Shown: positions 1-12,637 of the stretch, in pieces | Layout of the letters: each line of letters begins with the position of its first letter | Numbering within the stretch: position 1 is the first letter of the stretch | Assembly (NCBI GenBank): GCA_964016885.1 | Contig: OZ024743.1 | Coordinates: 6,510,001-6,574,000, forward strand | Length of the DNA: 64,000 nt | Reading direction: 5' to 3' | Origin: Eledone cirrhosa | Lineage: Eukaryota | Position numbers and translations under genes: made by a program | The notes under the pieces: generated by a model | Told to the model about the DNA's origin: nothing | Database searches by the model: none | Seen by the model: the letters and a program-made list of their open reading frames with translations, nothing else

Positions 1-1433
1 TGCAATGTCCACGCGAAACTTCATATGACAGTAGTCCTTTGGTGGTGGCGGATCCTTGTGGCTTTTAGTAAATCTAATAAAAAAATTCACAATGGTTAAA
101 TTCACTAAAAACCACAAGATGTACCTCCACCATTTCTTTCCAGGGCGTCCAACTGGGTAATATGCACAATACTGGTCAGATTTGACAACCCCACCCATAT
201 ATTTATTGTAGGAGAGGTTAACTAAAGGTTAACCCTCAGCCCCAACACCTGGTTGTTGGTTAGAACTCAGGAACAAAATTTGCCGTTTGTCTTTGAACAC
301 TGTGGCTAACATGTTCCCTTTTTACATTTGGAGAATGTCCCCTCTGTTTTTCAGTTTCGCAACTTTTATTTCTTGGGGTAGCCCTTTCCGATTGCTCATT
401 ATTGTGCTGCAGATGTACGTATTTACAAGGGCAAGATCCTCTGCTAAAAGCTCCGAAGAAAAAAAGGGTCAAAATATATGTCTGTGTTGAGAGTGGAAGG
501 GTTGGGTCAGCGACCACACAACATCGTAACCCAACCCGTGTTTTCTCTCTCCATTATGTTTTTTTCCTGTGTAAACATCAAAGTTTACACAGTATCCTGT
601 GTCCGATTCACACAGTTCCCACACTTTGATGCCCCATTTGGTGGGTTTAGCTGGCATATACTGTCTGAAATGAACCCTACCCTTATACCCAATCACAGTT
701 TCATCAACACTAAGATTTTTTCCAGGTATTTACACACTTTTAAATTTTTCCGACAACATTTCAATTAATGGTCGTACTTTGTACAGTGGGTCGTAATTTG
801 ATTCATTTCTACCAGGGGCATTTGAAGTATCAACCAGGTGCAAATACTGGTTTAATTTGATGAATCTCGTTTTCGCCATAATACTAGATATATAAGGGTC
901 ACCAAACCTTATATCAGTACTCCAATAATTGGAGTACTGATATAAGGTTTGGTGACCCTTGGAAATTGTTTAATACCAAACATAATATTTATGATAAAAA
1001 ACGCTTTCATTTCAGCAGAATCTGTCGGACGCCATAACAGATCGAGTTTTCCTCGATTAGAAATTTGTTGTTGGGCATAGCGATTTGTCTCTTCTGCCAC
1101 AACTTCGAAGAAAGTTTGTGGTAAAAATTAAAAAAAATAATCCAGGGCTTTAGCATCAGGTGGTAATGTGTGTTGTGGTCCAGTATTTTCAGTAAAATCC
1201 GAAACATGTATTGGTGTTGTTTCTTTCAACCATGTTGCTGTTTTTTCAATGGTGTCAGTCAAATCTTCTCTTTCACTTTCAAAGTAACTATCATCGTCAT
1301 CAGATATATCAGAAATAAATATATCTGATTCGTTGGAAAATAAATCAGTGATATTATCTTCTGTTTCTTTTTGATCTCGAATGTCGTCGGATGTAAAACC
1401 TTCAAATTCGTTGTCGCTACTTTCGGAAGCCAT
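1..1433 (-). pseudogene. piggyBac transposase pseudogene (frameshifts; GGVD aspartate replaced by V)
   Basis: Coding is split over ORFs 1128..1433, 909..1100 and 469..696 plus further fragments. An inverted duplication at 894-960 breaks the frame. Confidence 0.88.
894..960. repeat. Perfect palindrome with 33-bp arms and a 1-nt centre, inside the transposase CDS
   Basis: AAGGGTCACCAAACCTTATATCAGTACTCCAAT-A-ATTGGAGTACTGATATAAGGTTTGGTGACCCTT read directly. Confidence 0.97.
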
Positions 1434-2004
1434 GTTACACTTTCAACGTTAAAAACATGTGTTATTGCAAGTTCTTTAACTATACTAAGAGTTAATTTTC
1501 GCACGTAAGGGCTTTATCTCGCAGTAATTATCACGAATTGACGAAATTTCGATGATGTCAATGTTTATTTTTAGAAGGAGATCTCCATGTGGTATTAAAT
1601 GTCGGTTTTTGTCGGTTTGAATAAATGAAAGGGGACATAATCTTGTTGGTTTTTGTTGGTTTGAGTGCTAAAGGGTTAAAGGATTGGTCAAGAGTTCAGA
1701 TGGGGGTGGCAAAGGGGGAAAATATAAGCTAGAGACAATTGCTATAGGGGAGAGAGGTAAATGAGAGAGGCAAATGGGATTGTCAAAAGAAATTATATTT
1801 TAGGAATATGGTTTTAGAAAGTATCAGTGTGTATATAAACATGTGTGTGTCTTATTGTAAGTGTGATGGAATCAAAACTTAGAGCAATATTTTTGGAGAC
1901 ACATGTATATACATATATATATATCGTCCCCATGTATATACATATATATATATATATATATCATCCCCCACCTCCTACTCTCAAGCGTGAACCTAATACT
2001 AACA

Positions 2005-2200
2005 CATCATCATCACCATTTTACGTCCATTCTTCCACGCTAACATGGGTTAGATGGGTTGTCCTGTTGTGGGCAGTGTCCGGTCGGCTGACCTTGTCTT
2101 GCTCATACAGGAACTGATTCTGGCTTGATTTCTACAGCTGGATGCCCTTCCTAACACCAACCTCATTTTCAGTGAGTGCTGGGTGCTTTTTATTCCATGG
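2005..2200 (-). mobile_element. RTE LINE 3' UTR fragment with (CAT)n tail (same subfamily as the 38369 copy)
   Basis: Close match to 38369-38570 (TTTTACGTCC..CATGGGTTAGA..GGGCAGTGTC..CTGGATGCCCTTCCTAACACCAACC). Confidence 0.88.
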
Positions 2201-2384
2201 ATATATATATATATATTTGTTTTTGTAGTGTGGTGTGTATGTATCCTTTAATTTGTTTGTCACAAGTCTTTTTGTGGTGAGAAATTTAAAAAAAAGCAAA
2301 AAAAGAACAACAAATTATCAGTGATGGCTTTCAATCAGGAATCTTTGGAAAATATGTGTATGAACAATTTCTTTTTTATTTAGA

Positions 2385-2385
2385 C

Positions 2386-2424
<39 letters not shown>

Positions 2425-2480
2425 TGTGTGTGTGTGTGTGTGTGTTCATGGGTGTATATATGTGTGCATACACACACACA
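2385..2480. repeat. Compound (GT)n/(GA)n/(CA)n microsatellite
   Basis: Direct reading. Confidence 0.9.
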
Positions 2481-2598
2481 CACGTGTATGTGTACAAATG
2501 TATCGATCTGTCTGTATATGTGTGTATATATATATGGATATATATATGAAAAAAAAGAAACATGCATATATATATAAGGGAACAAAGAATCAGTGTTG

Positions 2599-2971
2599 CA
2601 TCATCATCATCATCATCATCATCAACGTTTAACGTCCGTGTTCCACGCTTGCATGGGTTTGGACGGGGGTAGTCCCACTTGAGGCAAGAGTGATTGTCTT
2701 GCTCGCATAGGACTGTCTGGCAGGTTTTCTACAGTTGGATGCCCTTCCTAACACCAACCACATTTACAGTGTGGGTCTGGGAGGTTTTTACCGTGTTGCC
2801 TACACGGCCACATTACAGCGTGGACTGTGTGTTTTTTGTCGTGACACCTACACGATCTCATTTGTTTCGGCCTGGATGGCGCGGCACCAACATAACTTTA
2901 CATAGAACGGGGTGGTGTGGATCGGGTGGGGGTGGTGGTGGTGGGACGGGGTGTATTTTGTTAGAGATGCC
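2599..2971 (-). mobile_element. RTE LINE 3' UTR, 5'-truncated, young
   Basis: Nearly identical to 13555-13919. It has a (CAT)n tail, and CATCAT is repeated at the right junction (possible TSD). It sits in the centre of an inverted repeat (2572-2604 / 2996-3027). Confidence 0.93.
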
Positions 2972-4640
2972 ATCATATATATATTAAATATGCATATGAT
3001 GCAACACTGATTCTTTGACCCTTATATTATTATTATCGATACTCTGCTCCCACTAGCATCGAATGCTCATATCAGCATACCACCTATAGATGCAATTAAT
3101 TTGCATCATTTTTACAAGTGCATACAAATATAGGAACATAAATATGTATATGGATACAAATATGCATAAATACATAAGTAAATCATGTATATACGTATAA
3201 ATACATTTATCTAACAAACACATATACTCCCATATGTCTCTATGTATATTATAGCTAATCCTATGCAAATCCTTAGAATTGCATATTTCATGGCCACTTT
3301 AGTATTATCATAAAGTCTGAAATGGTTACATAGGTATGAAATTTAAATCTCTTTTATGCTAACTTTAGACTTAATCTCATGCATATACTTCGAATTGAAT
3401 ACATTTTTATAAATATATAAAATATTTTTAAATATTTCCAGATCGCTTATGTGAACAAACAAACTTGCAAGTGGATAAATAAGATATGCAGTCATAGTGC
3501 ATATATGACTGCATATCTTCTTACTTATAAAAGTATTTATGTATATTATATATAAACCTCCACTTATACTCAGAATTAGATAAAGTATTTCAAGATAGCT
3601 TCATATCAAAATAGATTAATGGGTGATTTATACAGCTATTCAGTAAAATTATGTTAATGTTCTACATAGAATTACTTATGAATCTGCGTATATAGTAACT
3701 AAAACTTATGAAGCTTTAGAGTTAAAGAAAATATATAATGGCTGCTTTTGCATCAAAATAGACCACAATAATTAAATAATTTTTGGAGTAAAACTCACAT
3801 TTTTACATATAATGTTTGTCTATGTATATTATGTAAAAATCATGAGTTTGATTCTTAGCAGTGCATTGTAACCTTAAGCAAGACACTTTATTTCACATTG
3901 TTTCATGTTGCATATATATACAGGGTGTCCCCCAAAAATGTATACACAAAAATCTTTTAAAAAGGCATTAAAATAAATTGTTTTATATGCATTATTCAAA
4001 TTATGTAAACATTTTGGGGTGTTTACATACAATTGAATTATGTCAGTAGATCATTTTATTTTTGGGAGAGGCAGTGTATTCTAATAAATATTGCCTGTAC
4101 AGGTAATCAAGGTGTGTATACATATAAGCATATGCATATGAATGTGTCCTAAAAAGTTTATATAGGTACTGATTGTTTTTATGCTACATAAAAGGAGCTC
4201 AGATACAAATTTATACAGACAATTACTAATAGGTCTAGCTTTCATGTAGTGATCTAAGAATATTAGTACTGTATAGGAGAAGAGTTACCTATTCACAAAA
4301 TGTATTGGTTTATAATGTTTCAGTGTTCTTTATGATTAAAAAACATCAGCTCAATGTTTATGTAGTTAATTTATTTGGAAAATAAGATTACATAAGATTC
4401 TGAAGTACACAGTTGATATTTTTTAAATTATGTTAATAAAGTTTGATGTCTGCTAGAATTTTCGCAAATTTTTTGTATAGGCTGTTAGGAGATTGTAAAA
4501 ACCATGTGTGTGTATATGATGGTGCAATTAATTTCCTACAGGAGTTATTAAAATAATGTTTGTGTTGGGCAGATTGACTTTAAAAGAATTAACAGTTAAT
4601 TATACATATGAAGGAGACATATTTTATTTAACTCTAAAGA

Positions 4641-4748
4641 TGGTGTTGGTTGCGGTAGTGGTGGTGGTGTTGGTGGTTGTTGTTGTGGTGGTGGTTTTGG
4701 TGGTGGTTGTGATAGTGGTAATGATGATGATGATGACAACGATGACAA
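4641..4748. repeat. (GGT/GTT/GAT)n trinucleotide microsatellite
   Basis: Direct reading; it explains the poly-V/poly-T ORFs. Confidence 0.9.
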
Positions 4749-5629
4749 TATACATTTTTAATGTAGATTTCATTATTATCCATTTTACATTTAACTTTTT
4801 TAGAGCCACATTAATTAAATATATATATTAATATACAATTAAATAAATAATACTTAAGACCCACTAAAATGAAATACATTAGTACGTATTGAAGTCCACA
4901 AATTCCCTGCTGACATATTGCTATTTTTTCTTTATATCATCTGTTAAAACTATAAGTTTTCTTCTTTATTCCTTACAAATTATTAACACATATTTTACAA
5001 ATTTATTAAACTTTAAATAGACAAAAAGTAACAGATTTACAGTTCAAAAGTAATACATAACCATTAATCATAATTTTGGATTAATATTTCTAAATGTTAG
5101 ACATTCTTACAATTAGAAAGTTAAAACATTTAATAAATTTATAGTGAAATATTAACTTTTTTTTTTTTAAATATAGAAATGGCTGAAAAGGTTGATTTTT
5201 TTTTCCTATTTTCTTTAACCTGTTGACTGCCACATATATTTTACACAGCTACAGTTGCTGTGTCTTTTTATTTTTATTTTTTTCAGTAAAATGACTATTT
5301 TTTTAAACATAGTGAGTCTCTCTCTCACACAATGCAGAAACCTCACCTGAGGCTTCTTTTTGTTTAGTCAAGGTGAGAAGGGCAGTAACCATGAACCTTT
5401 TCAAGTCTTCAGAGACTGAGAGAAAGAGAGGAAAGATATCTCAAACTGGAGACATGGTTACAATGCTTGCAACAGAATGGACTCCACTAAAGGCACTGAA
5501 GGTTCAGGTGGTGGTGTTAAACCAGGCAGAGTATTAAGTTTACCACCCAAGTAGGCCACAGCAATATATGGAATCAGAACCTGAAGAGCCAGAACAAATA
5601 CTACAAGGCATCTTATCCAATGCTTATCA

Positions 5630-6740
5630 CTTCTGCGAATCCACCAGCCGAGGAGATATGCAACGTCAGGTTTGACGACATTGGATGGCAACAGGCCACT
5701 TTACCTGTCAGGTATGGTGGCCTTGGCTTCCCGTCCCCAATCTCACTAGCTTTGCCGGCGTATCTTTCGTTGGTAACCTCATGCCGTGTCCTCGTCAGCA
5801 GGGTTCTCCAAAACACAATAGAACTCTCTGTGTTCAGAGAAACGTGAGGCCGCCTGTGAGAGGTGGGACCGGCTGGGACTTAGCCCAGTAGACGTCCCTC
5901 CTCCTCCTCCCCGTGCTGGCATCAAGTGCCCCTAAAGCACTTGGGATGCCATCCAGTACAGCCTGGCTTCAGACAGGCTCACGCACCAGCTCGACCAGCA
6001 CCGCCTTGCCTGTTTCGTGTAGCCTCCAAACCCCACAGTGGTGCCTGGCTCCATGCCATGCCCTGCTCTCCTTCTCCACTAGCACGCAGCTAAATAACAA
6101 TAGTCTGCACATCAGCGTTTCCTTGAGGCTCGGCTTCCAGATCTGCCAGCCACACCATTGTTGCTGTGGATCCACCGTGGACTCTTTTGGCCTCTACCTG
6201 CTTTTTTGTTGCCACAGTGCCGGCCACCTTCCACACCATGCTGCCCTCAACAAGGTCATAATGCATGGCTTGGACGCTGCAGGCTTCCCTTCCCAACTCG
6301 AGCCGGTGGGGCTGGACCGAGGGAATGGCAAAAGGCCAGATGGCATGACCATCTTCCCGTTCCACGGTGGCAAACTCCTCGTCTGGGATGCCGCTTGCAC
6401 CGACACTTTTTGCAGCAGCAACCTGGTGCAGTCTGCGACTAACCCAAGTTCTGCTGCACGTTGGGCTGAGGAGGCCAAACTCTTCAAATACCGGTCACTC
6501 TCCGACAGGTTTGCGGTTGTACTCTTGGCAGTGGAGACTTCTGGTATCCTCGGCCCTAGGGCTACCTTCCTACTCACCACCATAGGCGCTGAGCTGGCCA
6601 GCCGCAGGTGTGAGACCCGCGAGTTGGAGTGGCTCTTCCAGTGCATCTCCCTTGCCGTCCTCCGGAGAAATGCCTTCTCTATTCTGTCCACCGGGGCTGT
6701 GGGGAGACAAACCGATTATATTACGAATTTAAATGAATAG
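5630..6740 (+). mobile_element. CRE-clade (RLE-type) non-LTR retrotransposon, 3' fragment
   Basis: WQQATLPVRYGGLGF (post-RT region), LRLG..C.C..C..H zinc knuckle, KRPDG..LVWD..D restriction-like endonuclease and FQCISLAVLRRNA. GC-rich island in AT-rich DNA, with frameshifts. Confidence 0.88.
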
Positions 6741-7157
6741 TCTTAAATACTTCAATACTCTGTTTCTCTAAGTATAGTTTTTGGTCCACTTTTACACAAA
6801 TCAATACAACCCAAATTTTATACTATCACGACTTTGAATTTGTTGAAATAGGATTTTTATATTTTCAATTGTAGTTGACCAATAACTAAATTTCATAGAC
6901 AACTTATCTTTGATCTTTGTCAAACTTCAGATAAACTGGATATAAATTTCTTTAAACATTAACTTGAGACACAAGTAAAAGGCAAATATTCTTTTATTTA
7001 GGAAATAAAATTTATTAAATCTTATTTAAAGTTGATCGAAACTCAAATAATGATTTACTTTATGATTTTTTTGTATTCTTCACAAGATGCAATAATTTTC
7101 ATAAATACATTGCAGCTGCATTCATTTTCTTTCTCATTTCATTATTAGTACCACCAT

Positions 7158-7294
7158 CTGGGTTCAAATCCCACCAAGGTTAGCTTTACCTTTTTTTAAT
7201 AAAATACAGTACAAGTCACACACTGGGGTCGATTTAATCGACTTTCCCCTCCCTCGAAATTGCTGGCTTTGTGCCTAAATCAGAAACCATTATT
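7158..7294 (+). mobile_element. tRNA-derived SINE (Nin-domain-like), 5'-truncated
   Basis: B-box GGTTCAAATCCC; body similar to 23655-23854 and 45002-45228; ends AGAAACCATTATT. Confidence 0.75.
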
Positions 7295-7625
7295 TGTACC
7301 ACCATCTCACAAAAACAGAAGTGAGATTCAAAGTGTGCTTATACTGCATTCGTGGTAAATAAACTAACTTAAATTTATCTGAATCATCCCTAATGTAGCT
7401 GAAGTTCATAATGGAAAAAGTGTTTTTTTTCTGTCAGAATATAAAGAAGACTTTACAAATGCGAGATGTGAACTGTTTCGATAAATAAAATTGAGTAAAT
7501 ATTCTCACCAACTATTTACTAACATATGATTTTTTAAGGTGGTGACTTCATATGAAATTCAACATGTTTAATCTTACTGCAATTTATGAATATTACCTAC
7601 ACTCTGAAAAATTGGCCTAGTTTAA

Positions 7626-7838
7626 CCCTTTAGCATTTATATTATTCTATATATACTATTTTATTTTCATGGTAATCACTTTATCTCATATAATTATCTC
7701 ACGAATCGATGAGATTTTGATATTATTTATTTTGAGAACAATACCTTAACATAAGTATGAGCAGCCAGTTACGACTAGTTTGAATAGAAAGGGGTGAGAG
7801 AATTCTGGCTGGATACAGCCAGTTTAAATGCTAAAGGG
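7626..7838. mobile_element. piggyBac-type MITE, family A
   Basis: TTAA-CCCTTTAGCATTTA ... TAAATGCTAAAGGG-TTAA. It is the reverse-complement relative of 25459-25664, and the TIR start matches the piggyBac end at 1666-1675. Confidence 0.92.
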
Positions 7839-8311
7839 TTAAGTTAAATAAAACATTTTTTTTTTTCTGTATATCACATAACATAGTGGAATTAACTTCT
7901 TTCTGTTCTCCAACCTGTCTAATATATTAATTTAAAATGTTTGTGTTAAAGTTCTTAGGATATGTTTCATTGAACATTCTATTCATTGCTATTTAAAATT
8001 GTACATAATGGGAATAGATTGGGTTGTTATTCAAGAGATTTAAATGAAATTTATTACAAAGTCTATGATTTAACCATTTCAGAATAATTCCATGTGTATT
8101 TGATTTCTATTTTATTTTTATTTTGTTTTTCAAAGTTAATTTTTTTATTTCCATTGGAATAGATTATGAACACACACACACACACCCACATATACGTATA
8201 CACACACACACACACTCATATATATATATATATATATAAGGAATTTGTAGTTTACTTGAACCATTGTTTATGGTATAAAGAATATGAAGTTGGAAAGCCA
8301 CGGTGGCTTTC

Positions 8312-8770
8312 CAAAGAAAATAGAAGGCTGGATTTGAATATATTCCTTTAAGTAACAAAATTACATAATACTGTGTTATATTATATAATTGTGCCACATT
8401 AAAAAAATATACTGTGGAACCTCAGTTCATGAATGCCTTTCATCACAAACAAATCAGTTCACAAGCAATTTTTCTGAACATAAAACATCTCAGTTGATGA
8501 ACAGTGTCTCAAGTAATGATCACACAAGCCAGCAACAACAGTTGGTGACAAGCTGGGAGTATTGTGGAGAAAGTTTCACTTGCCATATAGTTAGTTACTA
8601 TAATGATAACTATCTGTCTCTCTCTCATCGTATTTCTCTCTCAACATTTTGTATGGGAAAAATAGTTTCAGTTTAGGAACATTTTGGATGACAAACAGCC
8701 TTCAAGAATGAATTAAGTTTGTGAACTAAGGTTACACTGTATTGGAATCCAGCCTTCTGTTTTCATTGAA
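8312..8770. repeat. Element bounded by imperfect inverted repeats (possibly Penelope-derived)
   Basis: GAAAATAGAAGGCTGGATTTGAATA near 8316 pairs with TATTGGAATCCAGCCTTCTGTTTTC near 8740. Confidence 0.5.
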
Positions 8771-8981
8771 GTATTTAACTCCATTCCTGCACCAACCATG
8801 AGACATATACAAATAAACATTAAAAGTACTCACTACGCAAATAAATATTTCCATGTCTTTTGGTTGCATGGATTTAAATTTGAGTAACAATGTTTTAACT
8901 TATACAATGACTATATTAATATATCTATTTCACTCTACACCTCTACTTTTTTATTCATATATATATCTTTCTCTCTCTCTC

Positions 8982-9013
<32 letters not shown>

Positions 9014-9069
9014 GTAATAATAAATGTGAAGACTAAACTTTAATCTGTTCTTATAATAAATATATATAT

Positions 9070-9270
9070 ATATAAGGAAAAGAACTTGAAAATACAACTG
9101 GAATCTTTTAAGAATATTTATCTATCTACTTTATCTCAAACCACAACAGAAATGCAAACCCTCCATCTCAATTTTACTTTTGAAAATCATAAGAACTGTG
9201 AAACCAGTAAAGTAAATAAATAAATATTCTTAAAAAAGTCCAGTTGCATTTTCAATTTCTTTTCCTTATA
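9070..9270. repeat. Inverted-repeat element in (TA)n with a decayed hammerhead-like core (Penelope-derived)
   Basis: About 50-bp imperfect arms (ATAAGGAAAAGAA..AAGAATATTTA / TAAATATTCTT..TTCTTTTCCTTAT). Internal TTTACTT-TTGAAAA..GAAAC-CAGTA-AAGTAAA followed by AATAAA. Confidence 0.6.
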
Positions 9271-9318
9271 CTTTCACTCAAGTGGGACATCTCTTTTTTT
9301 TTTAACCTCATTTTCTTA

Positions 9319-9349
<31 letters not shown>

Positions 9350-9398
9350 TACATGAACTTTGTTGTATTTAATGCACTGATGACTATATCTTATATAG

Positions 9399-9648
9399 AT
9401 GAATTTGCAAATGAACTGCAGAATTTGAGTGAGGAGGATGACTCTGAGGACGAGATTGAGAATCTTCCTGCAGTTACTATCTGCAATACTTTTATGAATA
9501 ACCCAAATGAAATAATAAAAGAAGAAAACGAAAATGAAATAATAAAAGAAGAAAACGAAAACGAAAATGAAAACGAAAAAGATGAAATAGAAGCACCAAT
9601 ACAATGTGGAATTATTAAAAAATATTCCTGTGACTCTGGAGACGAAAA
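9399..9648 (+). CDS. KCNT: KCNT/Slo2 exon: acidic RCK1-RCK2 linker
   Basis: tatag|AT GAA TTT ... GAC GAA AA|gtaagt; open frame EFANELQNLSEEDDSEDE...CDSGDEK; its phase 2 end joins the next exon. No recognisable homology, so the call rests on splice signals and phase. Confidence 0.75.
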
Positions 9649-10210
9649 GTAAGTCCATTTATATTGTTTTTATTCACTAGAGGACTTAGAAAAAATATAT
9701 TGAAATTAACAAGGAAGTAAATAAGAAAAATATTTGCTGGAAAAATGATCTTGAGATATTTATAGATAAAAAAATATTTCTTTTCTCTTGAGTAATAAAG
9801 AAAATGTCTTCCCCAATATTGGAAATGTTGCAACAAAAGAAACAAAAATTACAAATATTGAACTATTGGAAGCCTTATCCTTTTCTTCAATCTTCCTTCA
9901 TATTTTTTTCTCTACATCATCATTTGCTATCCAAAGAGAAGAAATGTTAATCTAGAAGGACAGCAAAATCAGTTAAAGTAGTAAGGATTTATGACTTTTA
10001 GGGAATTAATTGTTGATATTTGACAAGGAAATGTTGATAGGGAGAAGTTCCATAAAAAATGACTCGTTAGTGTAGAGCTTAAACAGTATGGTTGAGGAAA
10101 AGTAAAAACATACAATTCAGGCTTGAAGGAATACAGTTGAAAAATGCCAAAGAGAAACAATAGAAAATTTGTAGTAAATAGTCTGACAGACTGTTAAAAT
10201 GCCAAAAGAA

Positions 10211-10660
10211 TACATACATACATACATACGGTGACATGGGGAGAGGGTGACAGACTCTTCACCTAGGTCAGAGTGGTGTTTCAGCTGTGCCCCGCAGACA
10301 AAATGGCAAAGGAATTTCTGCGAACAATGGCCAGTGACACCCACTGCAACAGCCACCCCACCTTGCAGGGCTCCTTCCTCAGATGGGCTACTATCAATCT
10401 GATTTTATATAGGAGGTCAGCTCTCCTGGGCCCGAGGATGTCTGAAGTCTTAATGGCAACTGATAGAAAGAGGAAGCAGCCGGACAAGCTGTGGTATTTG
10501 CTTATCTTCCTGCCCACTGCATTGTATTGTGAGCCACAGTACCAGGGTTTGTGCTCAAGGTAACTAAGCTGCAGGTGGAGAATGTGTCACAGCATGTTGC
10601 ATCCCAGAGGAGGGATCTATCTCCTTTGGAAAGGAAGAGGGTAATTCCATCAGGGCACTT
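10211..10660 (-). mobile_element. CRE-like RLE retrotransposon 3' fragment with (TATG)n-like tail
   Basis: Minus strand KCPDGITLF ... AIKTSDILGPR ... QWVSLAIVRRNSFAILSAG, homologous to the C-terminus of 5913..6740. Confidence 0.82.
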
Positions 10661-10955
10661 GAATTATTTCTGATAAATTCTTTTTAAATTTTGAAGCATT
10701 TAATATAAGTAATATTTGATGTCTTATTTACATACATATCAATTAAATTCCAGCACAAGATCTTTAGGTATGAAAATCACGTAAGACACACTTGAAAACT
10801 TTATGGAAAAACAGCCAATATTGTGAAATCCTATTTCTGAATGTCATTATTCATCTACATGAGGCAAATAGAATAGTTGGAAATCTTTTATATGTTATTC
10901 ACTGTAAATACAAAAATCTTGTATTAACATTTATATTCTCTTAATCTTATTATAG

Positions 10956-11058
10956 GTTTTATATTGGTTTTCCACCAGTTGTTCCTTTTGTTGGAGCCAG
11001 AAAGACGCTTTGTCATCTAGAGAAATCACGTCACAACTGTTGCTTGAAATGGGCATTG
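10956..11058 (+). CDS. KCNT: KCNT/Slo2 exon
   Basis: tatag|G TTT TAT ... GCA TTG|gtataa; FYIGFPPVVPFVGARKTLCHLEKSRHNCCLKWAL, compare KCNT GYPPNSPYIGSSPTLCHLL..FCCLRL. Confidence 0.93.
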
Positions 11059-11339
11059 GTATAATATTCATATATGTTTAACATGTGTGTGTGTGCATGT
11101 TTAAATGATTATATCCTATATATGTGTATGTGTGTGTGTATATATATATTTATATATATATTATAAATATATATATAAATTTATAGATAGATAGATATGT
11201 GTGTGTATATATATATGTGTGTGTGTATATATAGATAGATAGATATGTGTATATATGTGTGTGTATCATAGATAGATATGTGTATATATATATACACACA
11301 TAATTAGGGTTTAGATCGATATCCAATGATTTCAATCTT

Positions 11340-11515
11340 AAGGCATAACATTGGCAAAGTCATTAGAACATTGGATTGAATGCTTTGTGGTATTTGTTTC
11401 AACCCTCTGCTCTCCCCCCCCCTCTCTCTCTGAGTTGAAATCCTTGGAACTTTGCCTTTCATCTATTTAAGGTTGATAAAAAAAGTAAGTCTAGTAGTGA
11501 GGTCGATTCTTCCTC
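11340..11515 (+). mobile_element. Degenerate tRNA-derived Nin-like SINE
   Basis: CTTTGCCTTTCATCTATTTAAGGTTGATAAAA core, similar to the 23655 and 45002 copies. Confidence 0.55.
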
Positions 11516-11785
11516 TTTATCTCTTTCTCACTCTCTCTATCCTTTTCTGAAAGAAATCTGGTGTACTCAGAGACCAGGAGAGGAGATGTGCTCCACCAGG
11601 TTTTAGAATGCTGTATGTCAATATGGCACCCCTACGACTCCCTCAGGAGTTACAGGTCCATATACACACATATCTATCTATCTATATATATATATATATA
11701 TAATTTTTTTTTTTTTAATTAAAATAACAGATTAAAGTTTAAGTAAAGAATCGCTGCTTTCACCCGTCTTCAAATTTATTATTAT

Positions 11786-11826
<41 letters not shown>

Positions 11827-11827
<1 letters not shown>

Positions 11828-12285
11828 TATCCTAACCTCAGTCACCCTGTGGTACAATCCACTGATTCCACACATCACTTCCATTCGGCATGGTCATTCA
11901 TGATGGTCTTGAGCTCCTCTATTGTCTTCATCTCTGTGTCTTCTAACAGAATGTCCATATAGGTGATTTTGTTCTCCTTCCTCTACAGGTTCTTCCCTCA
12001 GTAGGTTGCCAGAGGACTAACTTGTTTGCCACCTCATCATTGTATCTGATGCTGTGGCCAACAAGTTACATCCTTCTTTGTTGAACTTTTAATGAAACTT
12101 TTGGAAGATCATTATAAAGTTCTACATTTGTTACATCTCCATGACACAAGTGCCATTCTGGTGTAGCATCCATCTTATTGTTTCTTTGAGGCTTTATACG
12201 TCTCCATGTTTCTGCTCCATGAAGCAAAACTCATTCTATTGCAGCCATGAAAAATCTAACCTTAAGTCTTCTTGGTGATTTTAAA
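11827..12285 (-). mobile_element. Old RTE-like LINE 3' fragment (different family)
   Basis: Minus strand VLLHGAETW and LYNDLPKVSLKVQQRRM*LVGHSIRY..LVLWQPTEGR, typical of RTE C-termini; many stops. Confidence 0.7.
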
Positions 12286-12464
12286 AATTATGTTGGTTTT
12301 ATGAACCACATAGTAAGCATATGGATCTGCTAACTGATAGATTGTGATTTCCATTTAGTTGGTTTGTTATAGCTTCACTACTGTTGGAACCATGTTTTTC
12401 ACTTAATCAGACTGCTGATGCCTAAACATTTGCAATTAATTTCACTGTGATATTTTTCTTTTAG

Positions 12465-12637
12465 GATTGTGAACATTGCACATTTAAAAATGCCAAAGAT
12501 TCTCTCTGGAACAATCAACTTATTATTTTGGCTGCTGAAAAAGCAAACGGAGGAATTTACAATTTCATTGTTCCATTGCGTTCATATTTCCTTAATCAAG
12601 AGTCTTTACGTCCTATTATACTACTTTTTGAAAATGA
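12465..12637 (+). CDS. KCNT: KCNT/Slo2 exon (start of RCK2)
   Basis: tttag|GAT TGT GAA ... AAT GA|gtaagt; DCEHCTFKNAKDSLWNNQLIILAAEKANGGIYNFIVPLRSYFLNQESLRPIILLFEN, containing the family motif YNFIVPLR. Confidence 0.96.

Larger units (their letters stand above)
1..1675 (-). mobile_element. piggyBac DNA transposon (PGBD4-like), degenerate, continues past the left window edge
   Basis: Minus-strand frames give piggyBac transposase motifs: acidic N-terminus MASESSDNEFEGF, FRQYMPAKPTKWGIKVWELCESDTGY and YNKYMGGVVKSDQYCAYY..KKWWRY. The terminus CCCTTTAGCA is followed by a TTAA target at 1676-1679. Confidence 0.92.

Noticed and set aside
3919-4078. Tc1/mariner MITE starting TACAGGGTGTCCCCCAAAA
   Set aside because: The matching right TIR is too degenerate to define an element.
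5391-5620. Possible additional KCNT exon or ORF upstream of the CRE fragment
   Set aside because: No KCNT similarity, stops in the frames examined, and no convincing splice pair.
8389-8676. 95-aa ORF as a channel exon
   Set aside because: It lies within an inverted-repeat-bounded element and has no homology or splice support.
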